Both the position numbers and the translations under genes were made by a program. A stretch of 64,000 nucleotides of DNA, from assembly GCA_951406725.2 (NCBI GenBank), contig OX597826.1, forward strand, positions 82,212,001 through 82,276,000. Reading direction: 5' to 3'. This DNA is from Octopus vulgaris (lineage: Eukaryota). Every line of letters begins with the position of its first letter. Positions within the stretch are counted from its first letter, which is position 1. The notes below the pieces were generated by a model. The model made no database searches. It was given only the letters and a program-made list of their open reading frames with translations, and had not been told where the DNA came from. Below are positions 40,778 to 53,720 of this stretch, in pieces.

Positions 40778-43700
40778 TGTATTAGATCCAACTGGAACGG
40801 AATCATCAAAAACTAAAACAATTAGCTTGATAGTTTGAAGTGTTTTGCCAGTGTGACCAATTTTTGAAAACCACATATCCTCTGCAACAAAGTGTAAGTA
40901 ATTAAACAAAAATTCGGTTTTGCACAAAGTTGTAAAAATTAAAATCTAACGTGAATTTTCTCGGGCAAATATTTGTCAGTTTTCGATTCGAGTACATTTT
41001 GTGTCCTTTATTCTCAATCTTTAGAATGTAACATTTTCATGCACATTTTACAATGTATCACACATTTCAACTGCAAATGATTTTCTCTCATCATATTTCC
41101 ATCATCATATCAGTTCCCACAATATCTTTAACAATCTGTAAGGGGAACCGCTGTTCGAAACGATCGTTTATCGAAAATGAGACATTGTGTCTCTGATAAG
41201 ACATTCCTACTTTTTATTTCGAATTTATACAAAGGACAAGCGCAAAACAATGTTTGGCCCCCATTTCTTGCATGTAAGCATGGTTAGTAAAAATTCTCGA
41301 GTTGTAAGGACATAGTTTCGGTATGGAAACCAGTGAACAACAACTTAGGCTGGTGTCCTCTGTCGTAGTCTTGGTTATCTCATATGCATAGGAGTAAGAT
41401 TCGATAAACGAAGACTGTGCTGAAGCATGTCAGAGAGATACTCTTGTCCTTCGTTGATAGATATTATCTATCACAAGGATTACGCCATCCCCATCCTCTA
41501 GTATCTGATATTTGTGTGTTTTTTTGCAAGTAAGTAAGTATTCAAGTATTCTCTTGAATTTGCGGACAATATCATCCCTTCCAGCTAAACATTTTTAGAA
41601 TTCCTGGTACTGGTCATGGTCACAGTCTATCTCTCTTTGACCAAGTCAGGTTTAAAACGTCTTAGAACCCTTTTTTAAACGTTGGACAAAACAAAAATGC
41701 ACTTGCACTTCTCAAGATCATTAGAAGCAATAAATTAAACGGTGTTGTTTCAGCCATCGTAATTTTAAGCGAAAACAAGGGCTCAGGTGATATCTGGCTC
41801 TGCTGTATTTACCAAATCTCTGTAAATTGGAATTATGTTTGCAAACGAATGGAAAGCTTTTGTTAAATTCTTAAAATGTTTCAGTACTGAGATTGAAATA
41901 CAGACTTTAACAGCGAGTCGTTGACCAAACTTGTAAAGTGTCTTATTTCATAAAACTGGTATTTATGTCGATCTCAAACAAATATAAGCACTCGTATGTT
42001 CACCCCTCTTTCCACCATTGTAAATCTACTTCTTGAATATACATACATGCACACATTAACATGTGCATCTCTCTCCTATTTCTTTGTCGCATATACATAC
42101 ATGTACATAACTAGAAATACACGCACACACACACACACATGTGTGTGTGTGTAAATACTATGGTCTGTTATTTTGCGGATGGAGAAACGAAAATTTATAA
42201 ACATTTTGGAACACATTTACAGTTTAAAAGAAGGGATTGACATTCCAACATAATTTAATCTATGTTACAGTCTCCTGTTGACGTCATCTCATTTGCATAT
42301 GCGCTCAATTACAATGTTTCCAAGAACAGATATATGCGATATTCTGAGTTAAAGCAGTTATTACTGTTTCTCTAGAATTTTAGTTTTAACACTCTAATAC
42401 ACGCCATACTGTAAGGTTATTCTATAGGCAGTGTTTCATTTAAGACATTATATTTAGATTTTTCATGAGAGGAAGATCAGAAGATGAGAACATTTCCTCT
42501 GATAGATCTTCCTTCTCAGGTTGTTAACTTCACACCGAATACATGGGCCAATTGCTGTATTTGGCAATTTTCATCATGGAAAAATAGTAATTTTATGTTA
42601 TATTAAAGTCATTCACTTTACACGGTGCATTAAATACTCTCCGTTTTTGTTCGAGAAACCTCATATTAAATAGACCCCTCCACACACACTTTTATATATA
42701 TATGTATATATATATATATATATATATACATATATATACAAGTGTGTGTGGAGGGGGTCTCTTTAGTTATATATATATGTATACATGTATATATACATTC
42801 ATGCATATAAACGTCCATCAACCTATCCATGCACAAACATACATAGATAGACAGATAGAGAGATATATGTACACGCACATTATCAATAGAGTGAATTTCG
42901 GTGAAGCCACCCAAAGACCGGTTGGTGGATTCAGTCTGAACAATAGGAATGGTCTCACCGGAAAGAAAGTCTTCCACAGACGCTTTTCTGCAAAACCCTA
43001 CGAGGAGTTATTAGACCACGTGGTAAGACAATTCCTGAAGTTGCTACACAGTGAATCGATCCTGAGACTATGTATTCTCTTAGTAAACTTATGAACTACA
43101 CATTCATTACCCTTAGATAATAATGTATAAATTTACCTTTGGATAGGACACCTAAACTGTCCTATCCTTTTTAACCCCAGGTCAGCCAAGATGGAATGGA
43201 CCTATCATTCAATGTATTCCTATTTTCTACAGTTTTGCAGCCAATTAGAATATAATACACGATGCTTATATAAGAGAATAAAGTGAAACTTGAGATAAAT
43301 TTGGCTGCTATTTCTCGCGGAGAAGAGGACAACTTAGCGTAATACCTAAGTGTAACTTTATGCAGCGTTATCGTTGTTGTTGCTGTTAAACCCTAGATAT
43401 GCTCGGGTCCAGTAAAACAATGAGCAAAGATTTCCAGCAGTGACAATTCTGTTTTTAATAATATTTAGGCTTACATTCTCCAATATCTATTTTCCTTATA
43501 CAATGGTCGGAGGATATGACTTGAGGGCAAAATTCTTAAAGTTCGAACGACTGCATAACGTCCTATTCACTCTCCAATGCAGCATTGAGCAGCTGTTGTT
43601 TTTATGTAGAGTGTGGAATGAATGGTACTGCACTGTATAGAGGGAAGAGTCTTATAGTGGAGGAGAAAGAGCGTAAACTATTTGCAGCATCATAAATATA

Positions 43701-43939
43701 TTGGAAACACAACAAGCAACACATTTGTATAGGAATAAACTGATATTCAGTTTAGTTATATATAAATGCAATGTTTGTATATATAGTTATATATAGTTAT
43801 ATATAAATTCAATGTTCGTTGTTTCCAGTATACAATACAAAAGCAGTGAATGCCATAATCGACATAGAGAGCTGGATAAAATACAGACAAAATTTTATCA
43901 CCATCCTTTATGTCCCGAGTTGAATCATTTTTACAGTAT

Positions 43940-44260
43940 TTATTTCTGCTTTTTATGTTCTGAGTTTGAACCCCATTGGGATCCACTTTGCTCTTGACGA
44001 TATAAAGTACCTGTCAGGTACTGGAGTCGATATAATTGATGAGCAAATCCCTAAATTTCTGGTTTTGTGCTTCTGTTAGACAGTTGCTATTTCGGTGTGG
44101 GTTAGAAGAAGCGTCTAAACATCGGACCTAGTATTGACTTCCGGCTCTTCATGTTGTGAGATTGAATCTCACCGAAGCATCTTCCAGGGAAGAGGAAATC
44201 AAAATTAAGTACCACTAGTGTTCTGGCGTCGATTTCACCGACAATTCCTTTTTCAACAAA
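43940..44260 (+). mobile_element. Two decayed copies of the octopus-type SINE
   Basis: gttctgagtttgaacccc...aagtacc...tactggagtcgat and gttgtgagattgaatctcaccga...aaattaagtacca...ctggcgtcgat resemble the 6460-6648 family. Confidence 0.45.
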
Positions 44261-45151
44261 CAAGTGATTTTGTATCTATAACGGAAATAGTTCTGTTCTT
44301 GCTTTTCCGGGCTGGAGGATTGGCAAAATCAAAAGAGTGGATTTAAACACAACTCATTGTACTTCATTACTCACTCTTACAGAAGTGGAAGACTTAGTTT
44401 GTTACCCAGGTCAACACAACCCCTGCAGGATTACTGATTCCATAATTGCCTTGTGACGATCATTCCCCGAGAATTTCCTACTTACACGTCCTGGATTCTA
44501 GTGGAACAGGTCGGTGTTTACTGCAAAATAAATTAAAACGTTTCTTTTTTGCTGACGATTTCTGAAATGAGCAGTTATGGATTTGAATATGCAAATGGTC
44601 CCAGAGTGGTTAAGCAGACTCCATTCTTGGTCTCCGGAGTCAGAATCAGAAACTCTCTTTCGCTGTGGGAGAACCTGGAAGAAGACATGGAGCCAATTCC
44701 TCACTCTCTGATTAAAAAATTGAAAAACATCAAGTGTTATAAACTGATAAGTATAACATGTTCTGGTTGTGTAGTTAATTGGAAGTGGACAGTGGTTTGT
44801 TTAGCTCTGAGAGAGAGAGAGAGAGAGGGGGGGGGGGGAGAGAGAGAGAGAAAGAGAAAGAAAGAGAAAGAGAGAGAGAAAGTGAGAGAGAGAGAGAGAG
44901 CGAGAGAAGAGAGAGAAAAAGTGAGAGAGAGAGAGAGAGCGAGTGAAGAGAAAGTGATTGAAAAAATAAATTCGAGTAATTTGAATAAATTTTTCCCAAT
45001 CGTTGTCAGCCACACAAGAAGTGCCAATCCTGAGCCAACAATTTCTCTCCGCCCCGCAACACAAAAGTTTTTCTTTCATTCAATTTCTCTCTCCATCGTT
45101 GGACTGCGGTTATACCAGAGAAACGTCTAGAATAATTTGCTCGATAAACTT

Positions 45152-45702
45152 GACCTCTATTGCAAATGCTATATAGGGACACAGTCTGTGTGTCGATAGC
45201 CAGCTGAAAAAGATGTTCTCCAGGGGCTAAAACAACAGTAATACCATCCTTTAAAGGACTGCCACATTCTGTTGGCATATAAACATTACTAACCGGTTCT
45301 GTTACTGTATATCTCTCGCTCAGAGATTTAAAACAAGTTGTTTTTCTCGATACGAGATCAGCGACTGTGTATCGCTTAAAGAATGTATTTAGTATTCGCA
45401 AGTGGAGAGAGCTTTCATCCCTAACCTGCGATTGTCTTACACTGAGGAGAGGTAACCACCAAGAAACCTAGGTCTGTGAACATCAGGTAAGGCTAGAGAT
45501 GGGAGCGATGACCTTCTTTGCAAATGCTATAGGGACACAGACTGTGTGTCGACAGCCAGCTGGAAAAGATGTTTTCCTGGGGGCTAAAACAAAAGTAACA
45601 TCGTCCTTTATAGGACTGCCCCATTCTGTTGGCGTACAGAATATAATATTCGGTAGTGTTACTGTATATCTCTCGCCCGGAGATTTAAAACAAGTTGTTT
45701 CT
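45152..45702. repeat. Pair of diverged ~190 bp direct repeats, offset 358 bp
   Basis: 45152-45348 vs 45510-45702: tgcaaatgcta..agggacacag.ctgtgtgtcga.agccagctg.aaaagatgtt..aggactgcc.cattctgttggc..gttactgtatatctctcgc..gagatttaaaacaagttgttt. Confidence 0.9.
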
Positions 45703-45714
45703 CTCTCTCTCTCT

Positions 45715-45755
<41 letters not shown>

Positions 45756-45763
<8 letters not shown>

Positions 45764-46021
45764 GGGTTCAGCAAAGATTTGCTTTACCACATACCCAAGT
45801 TTAGAAATAGCAGCCAAAAACCGTTAGCTATTTCTTCTACTTTAAAAAGGGACTCCCAGAAAAATCAAAATACTTGAAAACAATCCAAAACAAATGTTTT
45901 CAAGTATTTTGATTTTTCTGGGAGTCCCTTTTTAAAGTAGAAGAAATAGCTAACGGTTTTTGGCTGCTATTTCTAAACTTGGGTATGTGGTAAAGCAAAT
46001 CTTTGCTGAACCCTATTTATT
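45756..46021. repeat. Perfect inverted repeat, 127 bp arms, 12 nt loop, between two (TA)n tracts
   Basis: Arms 45756-45882 and 45895-46021; (TA)n at ~45718-45755 and 46127-46163. Confidence 0.95.
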
Positions 46022-46123
46022 AAGTATTACTTAAGTTTACCGTGAAATGGTCCTTTTTTTCATGCCGAATTCTACTTGGTGAAATTATTGATTACTTCTT
46101 AATTAATTAATTTTACCCTTTGT

Positions 46124-46166
<43 letters not shown>

Positions 46167-46470
46167 GATGGGCTTATAATACAGGCTGTGTCCTCGTAAA
46201 GTACATCCGCTTATACCTGTACTCGAAAGTTGTATACAAATGTTAGAGTTGTGTGAGGTATGTATAAGAGTTGAAACACACAGAAAAATAGGAGATTGGA
46301 AATAATTTTCGATATTATTTATTCGCGTGTTTCATTTGCTAATGGGAGTTACAAAATTGAACATGGAAAAACATATAAGATGTCGCCTATTAGAAATTCT
46401 TTGGACAGAAAATCAATAATACTATTATTTTATTTTACAATCGCCTTTTTACAAACACACACACACGCAA

Positions 46471-46518
<48 letters not shown>

Positions 46519-47541
46519 ACACACACACACAAGCACACACATGTATTCCAGAAGTGGACCACAACTAGTTTTCTGAAGACTTTCTTTTATCATTGGCTAT
46601 TTTGATATTTCCATTCATAAAATTTGGCTGATTCTGTTGTGAAATCTTCCATATTTATTTCTTCTTTATGACAGAGGGTGGATATAAATATCTGATCGCA
46701 ATATGGCAGTCTTTTTCCTCCCTCTTCCGTCCAATTACGACTAACAGTTTACAGATGTAATAACAGTGTTTTGAGTGAATCTTATGCTCAACTCCAGGGT
46801 TTAACTTCATTTCTCCAGCATAAAGCCAGCATTCATTTCGCTTTTCTAACCATATCACTGCTGTGTCGAATATTTTTCTTGTATCCTTCGTGAGCTAAGA
46901 GTATTTATAGCGTTGGACTTTAGGTTTTCCATAGCAATGGTAGTAGTAGTAGTAGTAGTAGTAATTGTAGTACTAGTCGCAGTTGCATTCATTGATGACG
47001 TACCACCGTTTTAGCATTGATCAACCATATTATGATAAAAGACGTTCCATTTATGGCCATTCCATCTTACATTGAGACAATGTTTACCTGGAACGACTTC
47101 ATTGTTCGTTTTTTTTTTGTCTGAGAACGAGAGAACGATAGTGTATGGTGTGATGAGAATTTGACTGCGCTTTCTAACAGTTCGTGTTTCTCTGTAGAAC
47201 CTTATTTCCTAAAGGGTGAAGAAAAGCTGCCGTTGTTTATGTTTTCGATTTGGATGTTATTTCTGTTGTTTTTATCGGAGTAAATTTATACAAATTCCAC
47301 GCGTTTCTATTTAGAGCGTTTACGGTTTCGAGTATTTATGCCGATAGTGTTTCGATTCAATATGGATATATAAGTACCTATGTAAGTTTATATGCATGCG
47401 TATATGCATGTATGTATGTATGCATGTACGTATATATGCGTGTGTATGTATACATGTATGCATGTATGTAAAGTATGATTGTATGTATGAATGCATTTAT
47501 GCATGTCTGTGTGTACGTAATACCTGAATATATGTATTGTC

Positions 47542-47592
<51 letters not shown>

Positions 47593-47649
47593 GAATGTAC
47601 GTATGTGTACATATGTATATGTGTGTTTATGTATATATATATATTTTTT

Positions 47650-48455
47650 TCTGCTGGTATTCAACTCCAGTTGTTTTATCCTTAAGGAGATTCCCATTCA
47701 TACATTCATGGATGCAAGCTCCACGTTTTGGCTTCCCTACACACTTGATCTTCCCACGAAACAAGCGATGGTCTGTCCAACATTCCACTCCCCGCATGAT
47801 CTGCATAATACAGTAATCTCTCTTTTCTCGCTTTCTAGTTATCATATAATCTATCAGGTGCCAGGGTGCATCCATGTAGTCTTGAACTTATCTTTTTGCT
47901 GAAAAGCAGTGCTCATAAGGAACAGATTCAGCTCAGACCACATCGGTAACAAAAAGTAAGCCATTGTTTTTACAATTTCCCGCTCCGTGTCTTCCAATCA
48001 CACCTCATCTCTCATGATCTTTACCAAGTCCAGCATTGAAATCGGCCAATATGATAATCTTAGCCTCATCTGCAATTTTGCGGATATTTTCTTTTGGAGC
48101 ATCATTTTCCCTTGCATTCATAGTTGGTGCATAAACACTATCAAGTGTTTCCGACCTTTTTGCTTCTAAAGGCAACCTCAGCAATGTCGTTCTGTCATTT
48201 ACACTGTATGCAATTCCTCTCACTTATCATCCAAGGAGGTTTTCAGAGCAAAAGCAACACCATTTCCTTTTTGCAATTTTCTTTTTTTTTCCCAGTCTCC
48301 GATAAAATGTGTAGCCACTGGATTTCTCAGTAAAGTTACTTTGCCCAAGAACTTTAGTCTCTGACAATGCTACAATGTCCATTGCACACTTTTGCTTCTC
48401 CTTAGCAATAAGAACAGAACTTCTCTCTGGGTATCTCTGTTCAGCAGAAAATCGA
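47650..48455 (-). mobile_element. RTE-clade LINE, inverted 5' segment (APE endonuclease)
   Basis: PERSSVLIAKE..MDIVALSETK, SVYAPTM, IIILADFNAGLGKDH, FKTTWMHP/WHLIDYMITR, RGVECWTDHRL. Confidence 0.88.
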
Positions 48456-49692
48456 TAATTTGGATTGGAGAGACGAATGGATGGACTTCAAAGTTTTAGG
48501 GGTAAAGAAAAAGAAACATCAGGATTGGTTTCATGAGAGGGATGGAAATATTCAACATTGTTGCAAGAAAAACGAAAGGCATTGCATTCATTAATAGCAA
48601 ATGATTCTGACCAAATTAGAGCTTTTTTCAAAGAGATAAAAGCAAATGTACAAAGAAAGATTCTAAAAGATAGAAGCTGCTTCCAACGTTTCTAATTTTG
48701 TTTACTTAGGGAGCACACAAAACACATCAGCGAATCTTGATGATGAAGTGTCACTACGCATTCAGAAAACCAGTTTTGCCTTTGACAAACTGGAAGACCG
48801 CCTATGGTCTAGACATGGTATTTCCACCGCAACAAAGATTAAGGTATACAATACATATATCTTAACCTCTTTATTGTAGGCTTGAAAAATCTGGATCATG
48901 TATCGTAAGCACTTAAAAATGTCTCAGAAGGATTTTGAGGATCAGCCGAAAAATGTCTGTGAGTGAAAATGAGGCGCTTGACAGAGGAAAATGCTTCAGT
49001 ATTGAAGCTTTGCTGTTGCAGTACAGATTGAGATGGAGTGGACACTTAGCCAGAATAACAGAGAACAGAATGCCTAAACAACTTTTTTGTTTAAGAAGAA
49101 TTGGTGACAGGTAAGCGTCCATCCCACAAACCAAAGATGAGGTACAAAGATTGTCTGAAATCGGAATTGAATAAGGTAAATGTTCCAATTGACAACTGGG
49201 AAGATTTAGCGCATTGCCGAGAAAAATGGAAAAAAGTTGTGTATGAAGACAAAAATGAATTTGAAAGGAAGAAAATGGAACATGCAACGATCAAAAGAAA
49301 GATAAATAAAAAAGTGACAGGAATGGTGTTCTAGCAAGCATTAATGAACGTGATGATCTTATATGTGATGAATGTGGAAAGATTTGTCTTAACAAGGCTG
49401 GGCTAAAGAGCTACATGAAATCCCACATTGCACGACCGCACATTGATTGTAGATGGACAAATGATTTCGAATGCATACTCTGCCATAAAGTATACAGATC
49501 AAAAAGTGGCTTGAAAAGGCAAAGTTCACGCTGCTGTAAACTATACAATCACCAAGTTTTCTTGTACTAATTCTCAAAAAGCATGCAAGTCTTTGTCAGG
49601 CCCCAAAAGCCATATTCATGCAACTCATCGATGATATTCTAGGACGTAAAGTAGTCAGGTAATGGCTCTACTCACAATCAAGTCCACAACCA
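48456..49692 (+). mobile_element. RTE-clade LINE, 3' segment (linker, deletion, RT C-terminus, C2H2 fingers)
   Basis: KVLGVKKKKHQDWFHE; NLDDEVSLRIQKTSFAFDKLEDRLW..TKIKVYN; RLRWSGHLARITENRMPKQLF; KPKMRYKDCLKSEL..WEDLAHCREKW; most of the RT core is deleted near 48675. Confidence 0.88.
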
Positions 49693-49886
49693 TCATATAT
49701 ATGTATATTTGTATATATATATATTTATGCATGTATATATGTGTGTATGTCTATATATGTATATACTATGTATGTATGTATATTTATGTATATATATATA
49801 TGTTTATTTATGTATACATATGTGTATATTTATGTATATTTATGTATATGTATGCATGTATATCTGTCTGTCTGTCTGTCTGTGTG

Positions 49887-49927
<41 letters not shown>

Positions 49928-50099
49928 TTATCTCACTATCAGGGACAAATGAATTTTTCCTTTTTGGTTTCATATTGCGTCTAGCTACCTTCGTTATTTA
50001 CACACACACACACATACATACACGCACACACACGCACACATATATACACATATACTAGGAAAAAGGGAGGTGGGGGATTTCGATTATCCCCACGTGGTG

Positions 50100-50900
50100 A
50101 GTTGTAATGCAAAGTATATATAAAGTAAGAAAAGTCAAAAGCACACAGTGTACATAGTTTTAATATATTTTATAATATATCTTTTATAAGTGAGTGTTGT
50201 GTTTGTCGACCGGCTTCACTTTCGCTAATTATGACATTGAAATTATTGCAATTTCGTATTTTCTTTAAAAGATTTTAGTCCATGTTGTATATAGGAGTTT
50301 TTGATTAAAATTAGTCAATAAATAGAAAAATCTAAGGGGAGGTAATTGTTGATTGTTATTATTCGGGACAAGGGAGGTAATTTCTCATATTTTGTGGAGG
50401 AGATAAATAGATATACACAAACTCAAAAGCTAAACTAGTGAGATGAACTATTTACAGTGATGGGTATGTGAACATAAATTAAAATATATACTGGGACCAA
50501 AGTTCATTATGCGTTCATATTTAGGCGTGTTCTGTATTTTTCGATAAAGTAATTTTCTTTATTTAAACGTTCTTGTACAGAAATAGTTTCATTGCACTGG
50601 TAGATGGGGAAAAACTGTAAAGTTTGGTTGGATATTACCTCTACATCTCTTTATGTGTTCACTCAAAGGAATCTGTCTCTACCGTGGTGAACGGCTCTCT
50701 GTGCCTTACGCAGTGTGGCTCTCAATGTATTTTGTATATGTATATGCATGCACCTTCTGATGTTGCCAGTATAATTCTCTCTGTTTCTTTGCACCATTGT
50801 GACTTGAGCAACTGGGCCGATGATATTTCTTCAAACATTTCTTCTAAAAGTTTCCACCACAATCCATACAGATATCTCTTTCGGAAGTCCGGTAGGTTTT
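50100..50900 (-). mobile_element. Penelope-like element relic (GIY-YIG C-terminus and 3' repeat)
   Basis: Minus strand RQIPLSEHIKRCRGNIQPNFTVFPIYQCNETISVQERLNKENYFIEKYRTRLN matches the Penelope end pattern 'EH...F...P...R..KE..FI.K..P.LN'. Confidence 0.7.
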
Positions 50901-51995
50901 AATGCCAAGAAATTCGTTTTTTTTTCCTTTCTGATATTGACATTGGTGAATCTGTGAAAAATACAGCTTTGAGGAATAAGTCATGTTATTCTGAAATTAG
51001 CCAATTAGAGAGTGAGAAAATTTGTTTTGTCCCAGGATGATAAATCTGAGACAGAGATCAATTGATGTCTCAGAGCGACGAAAGATAACAATTTCAATCA
51101 AATGTGTTAGATTGTAAAATGTTATGGCGAATGGTAATTTAAAAGTTCTTTATATTGGCACAATTCTCTCTCTTTTATACCTTGGTTTTATATTGTGAAC
51201 ATCGCTAGAATGGCCTCCGTTCAAAGACAGCAGTGAAATCCAAACGATGCGTTTCAGGGTTTGATCTCATACAACGTACTCAACGGACGTAGTTTATAGT
51301 CACATGGCACTGGTTCCTTGATCTTTCTCCTATAGTTATTGTTAGTGTTGTTATTGTTTTTTAATGATAGTTGTTGCTCAACCCAATGGACTAAGGAGGA
51401 AGAAGAAGAAAAAGAAGGAGAAGAGGAAGGAAAGAAATAGGAGAATGAGATTAAGAAAAATAAGCAAAAAAGCATAGGATGCTGTTTCAAAGACTTTATC
51501 TTTTAGAGAAGGATATTAAATGTTTTTTTTTTTAAAACAGCTTTTCTATAATCTATATTAAGTTCTTCATCGCGCAACGTTTATGGTTTACTCCTATAAA
51601 ATGGTCAACTTTGTTAACAGGTAAGTAAAACCAATTACGAATTTAATGAAGACAAATCTCAAAATTTAGATTATTCATGAAATTAATTTCATTACAGTGA
51701 AAACAGAAAAGACAAAAGAGAGCAAATGGAAGAAACCGTTATTCTAATGTTTTATGGAAATTAATACAAAATTGACACGATTCTGGAATTAAACCGATAA
51801 AAATATATTTCTTCCTTCCTTATAGTATTATGACAGCTAAAACAACAGCACAATTATTATTATTGATATTTTTTGATTTCTTTGCAGACGAGGCGAAACA
51901 GAAAGTCGGCGGAATTTCAACTAACAAGCTTCAATAGGAAGAAGTGTCTCTCAGCATTTTGTTCGGCGTACTAACAATTTTGTCAGTTCGCTGCC

Positions 51996-52052
<57 letters not shown>

Positions 52053-52054
<2 letters not shown>

Positions 52055-52568
52055 TGGAAGTGTTATCATGTACATTGTTTTGTCTTGGTATAAAAGATGG
52101 GCTACAGCAAATATTCTGCTCAATACTACAGATTTGCTTGTCAGTTGTTTGACCTTAACCAGTTGAGCATGTCCCTTAGTGGCTGACGATATGTGCATCT
52201 CTGATCACGAGCAGAAGTAGTGGGGGAGCATCATAGCCATGTGTTGAGAGGGATTCTTTGGGGTTTGAATAATTCACCTCTGGAAACATGGGTGGTTCTT
52301 TCAACATTCTTAAACAACCCTTATTCAGGGACCGTTTGAGTGGGATGGGCTACTCAACCTGAAGAAAATTCTAACTGGGCCCCACCTGCAAGGTCATGTG
52401 CTGTTTATCTTGATATGAGATCACCATGTCGCGCACATATGGTTGTGATGCATGTGCCTGGTGTGCCCTTATCAGACGGGTAGTCATGATGGGTATATTG
52501 GGCTTCGTATATTTTACCCCAGTGTCACTTTGATGGCATGAACTGCTCTCTCACTCAATAATAATAAT
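52053..52568 (+). repeat. ~500 bp non-coding dispersed repeat, copy 2, embedded in (TAA)n
   Basis: Colinear with 5943-6449; (TAA)n at 51996-52053 upstream and an (AAT)4 tail. Confidence 0.9.
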
Positions 52569-52699
52569 CCTTTGTATCCTTTCCTGCTTAGAATAGACCG
52601 ATAACTCGTCACCTCCTTTCCCGTTCACCCTCCTTCCAATAAATTTATTGTAAGATGGGACAGAAACTTTCTATTATTTCATCATCTTCCGTAGACAAA

Positions 52700-53720
52700 A
52701 GTGTGTGTATCTACACATCCTCCTGTTACATTCACCACACAACCTCTTTCACCAAAACCTTCTTCCCGGTCAGAGGAAGGTGGCGGGGCGACCTTACAGA
52801 TGGATTCAGAAGATAACCGGATCGAAGTCACATGCATCAATAGCTATCTAACAATTAAAAAAATCAGGAATGATCTGGAAGAGTACGAGTACACGAAGAA
52901 TGGTCTCATCGCTCTTTTCGCACCTCTAATATGCCAACATGATGGCACCAACATGTCTATAGAGTTTTTCTCGAACCGTAACTGCCTCCTGGTGGTGGCA
53001 CTGCCAGGCCAGGGATTTCGGAAAATTACCCATAGGAACTTGACCAGAAATACTTGGGTTCGCATAACACAGCAGATTCTGGACAATGGTTCCAGAATTT
53101 CCCTCGGTAATCCTTAAAAGAACTCCATCTTAAAGTAGCAAAGTCTGCATTACTCAGCTCAAAGAAAGTGGAGGACCAAGCGTGCCATGAGAAAGAAATA
53201 GGACAAGGCACAACAGTGAAGCAGTGTCACAAGACCGATGTAATGGAAGTGATTATCACCACCGACCTACACTTCAAGGAGCGCTTCATATTGGCTCGTT
53301 TCTGAATATTAACCTCATCCCAGGTTTTTTTTTTATATGGAAGACTGGACCACACCAAACCCTAAGTAATTTAACCGGTACATCTATCCAGCATCCTAAA
53401 AGGCGGTTGGATGACATGGATATTTTCTTGAAGAGATGCACTGAGCAGCGACCGGCGAAGCGGCGTGCCCTGATTCCTTTTTGCTTCTACTGCCGGTTCC
53501 TATCATTCAGAGCCATTTACCGGGATAGGTTCAGCATTGGATGCTATTACAGTAACACCATCCGCATATGCTGACACAAATCTTCCACTTCTAGTCCAAG
53601 TCGAATGTCCTTCACTACTGTAACGTCAGCACATGATGTTCACTGGATGCAGCGTTGGGAAAAACTATGAACAGTGGACCCGTTAAATAGACCTCTTCAG
53701 CGATTTAGAAACTCTTGACG
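52700..53720 (-). mobile_element. Tx1/L1-clade LINE ORF2 relic (RT to 3' end, with deletions)
   Basis: SAYADGVTVI, GCWIDVPVKLLRVWCGP, SLKCRSVVI..TVVPCP, MGNFPKSLAWQCH..VREKLYRH..RCEKSDETI; same family type as 22330-23230. Confidence 0.75.

Noticed and set aside
44549-45130. 193 aa ORF with RE-rich middle
   Set aside because: The RE tract is a (GA)n microsatellite; flanks show no domain motif
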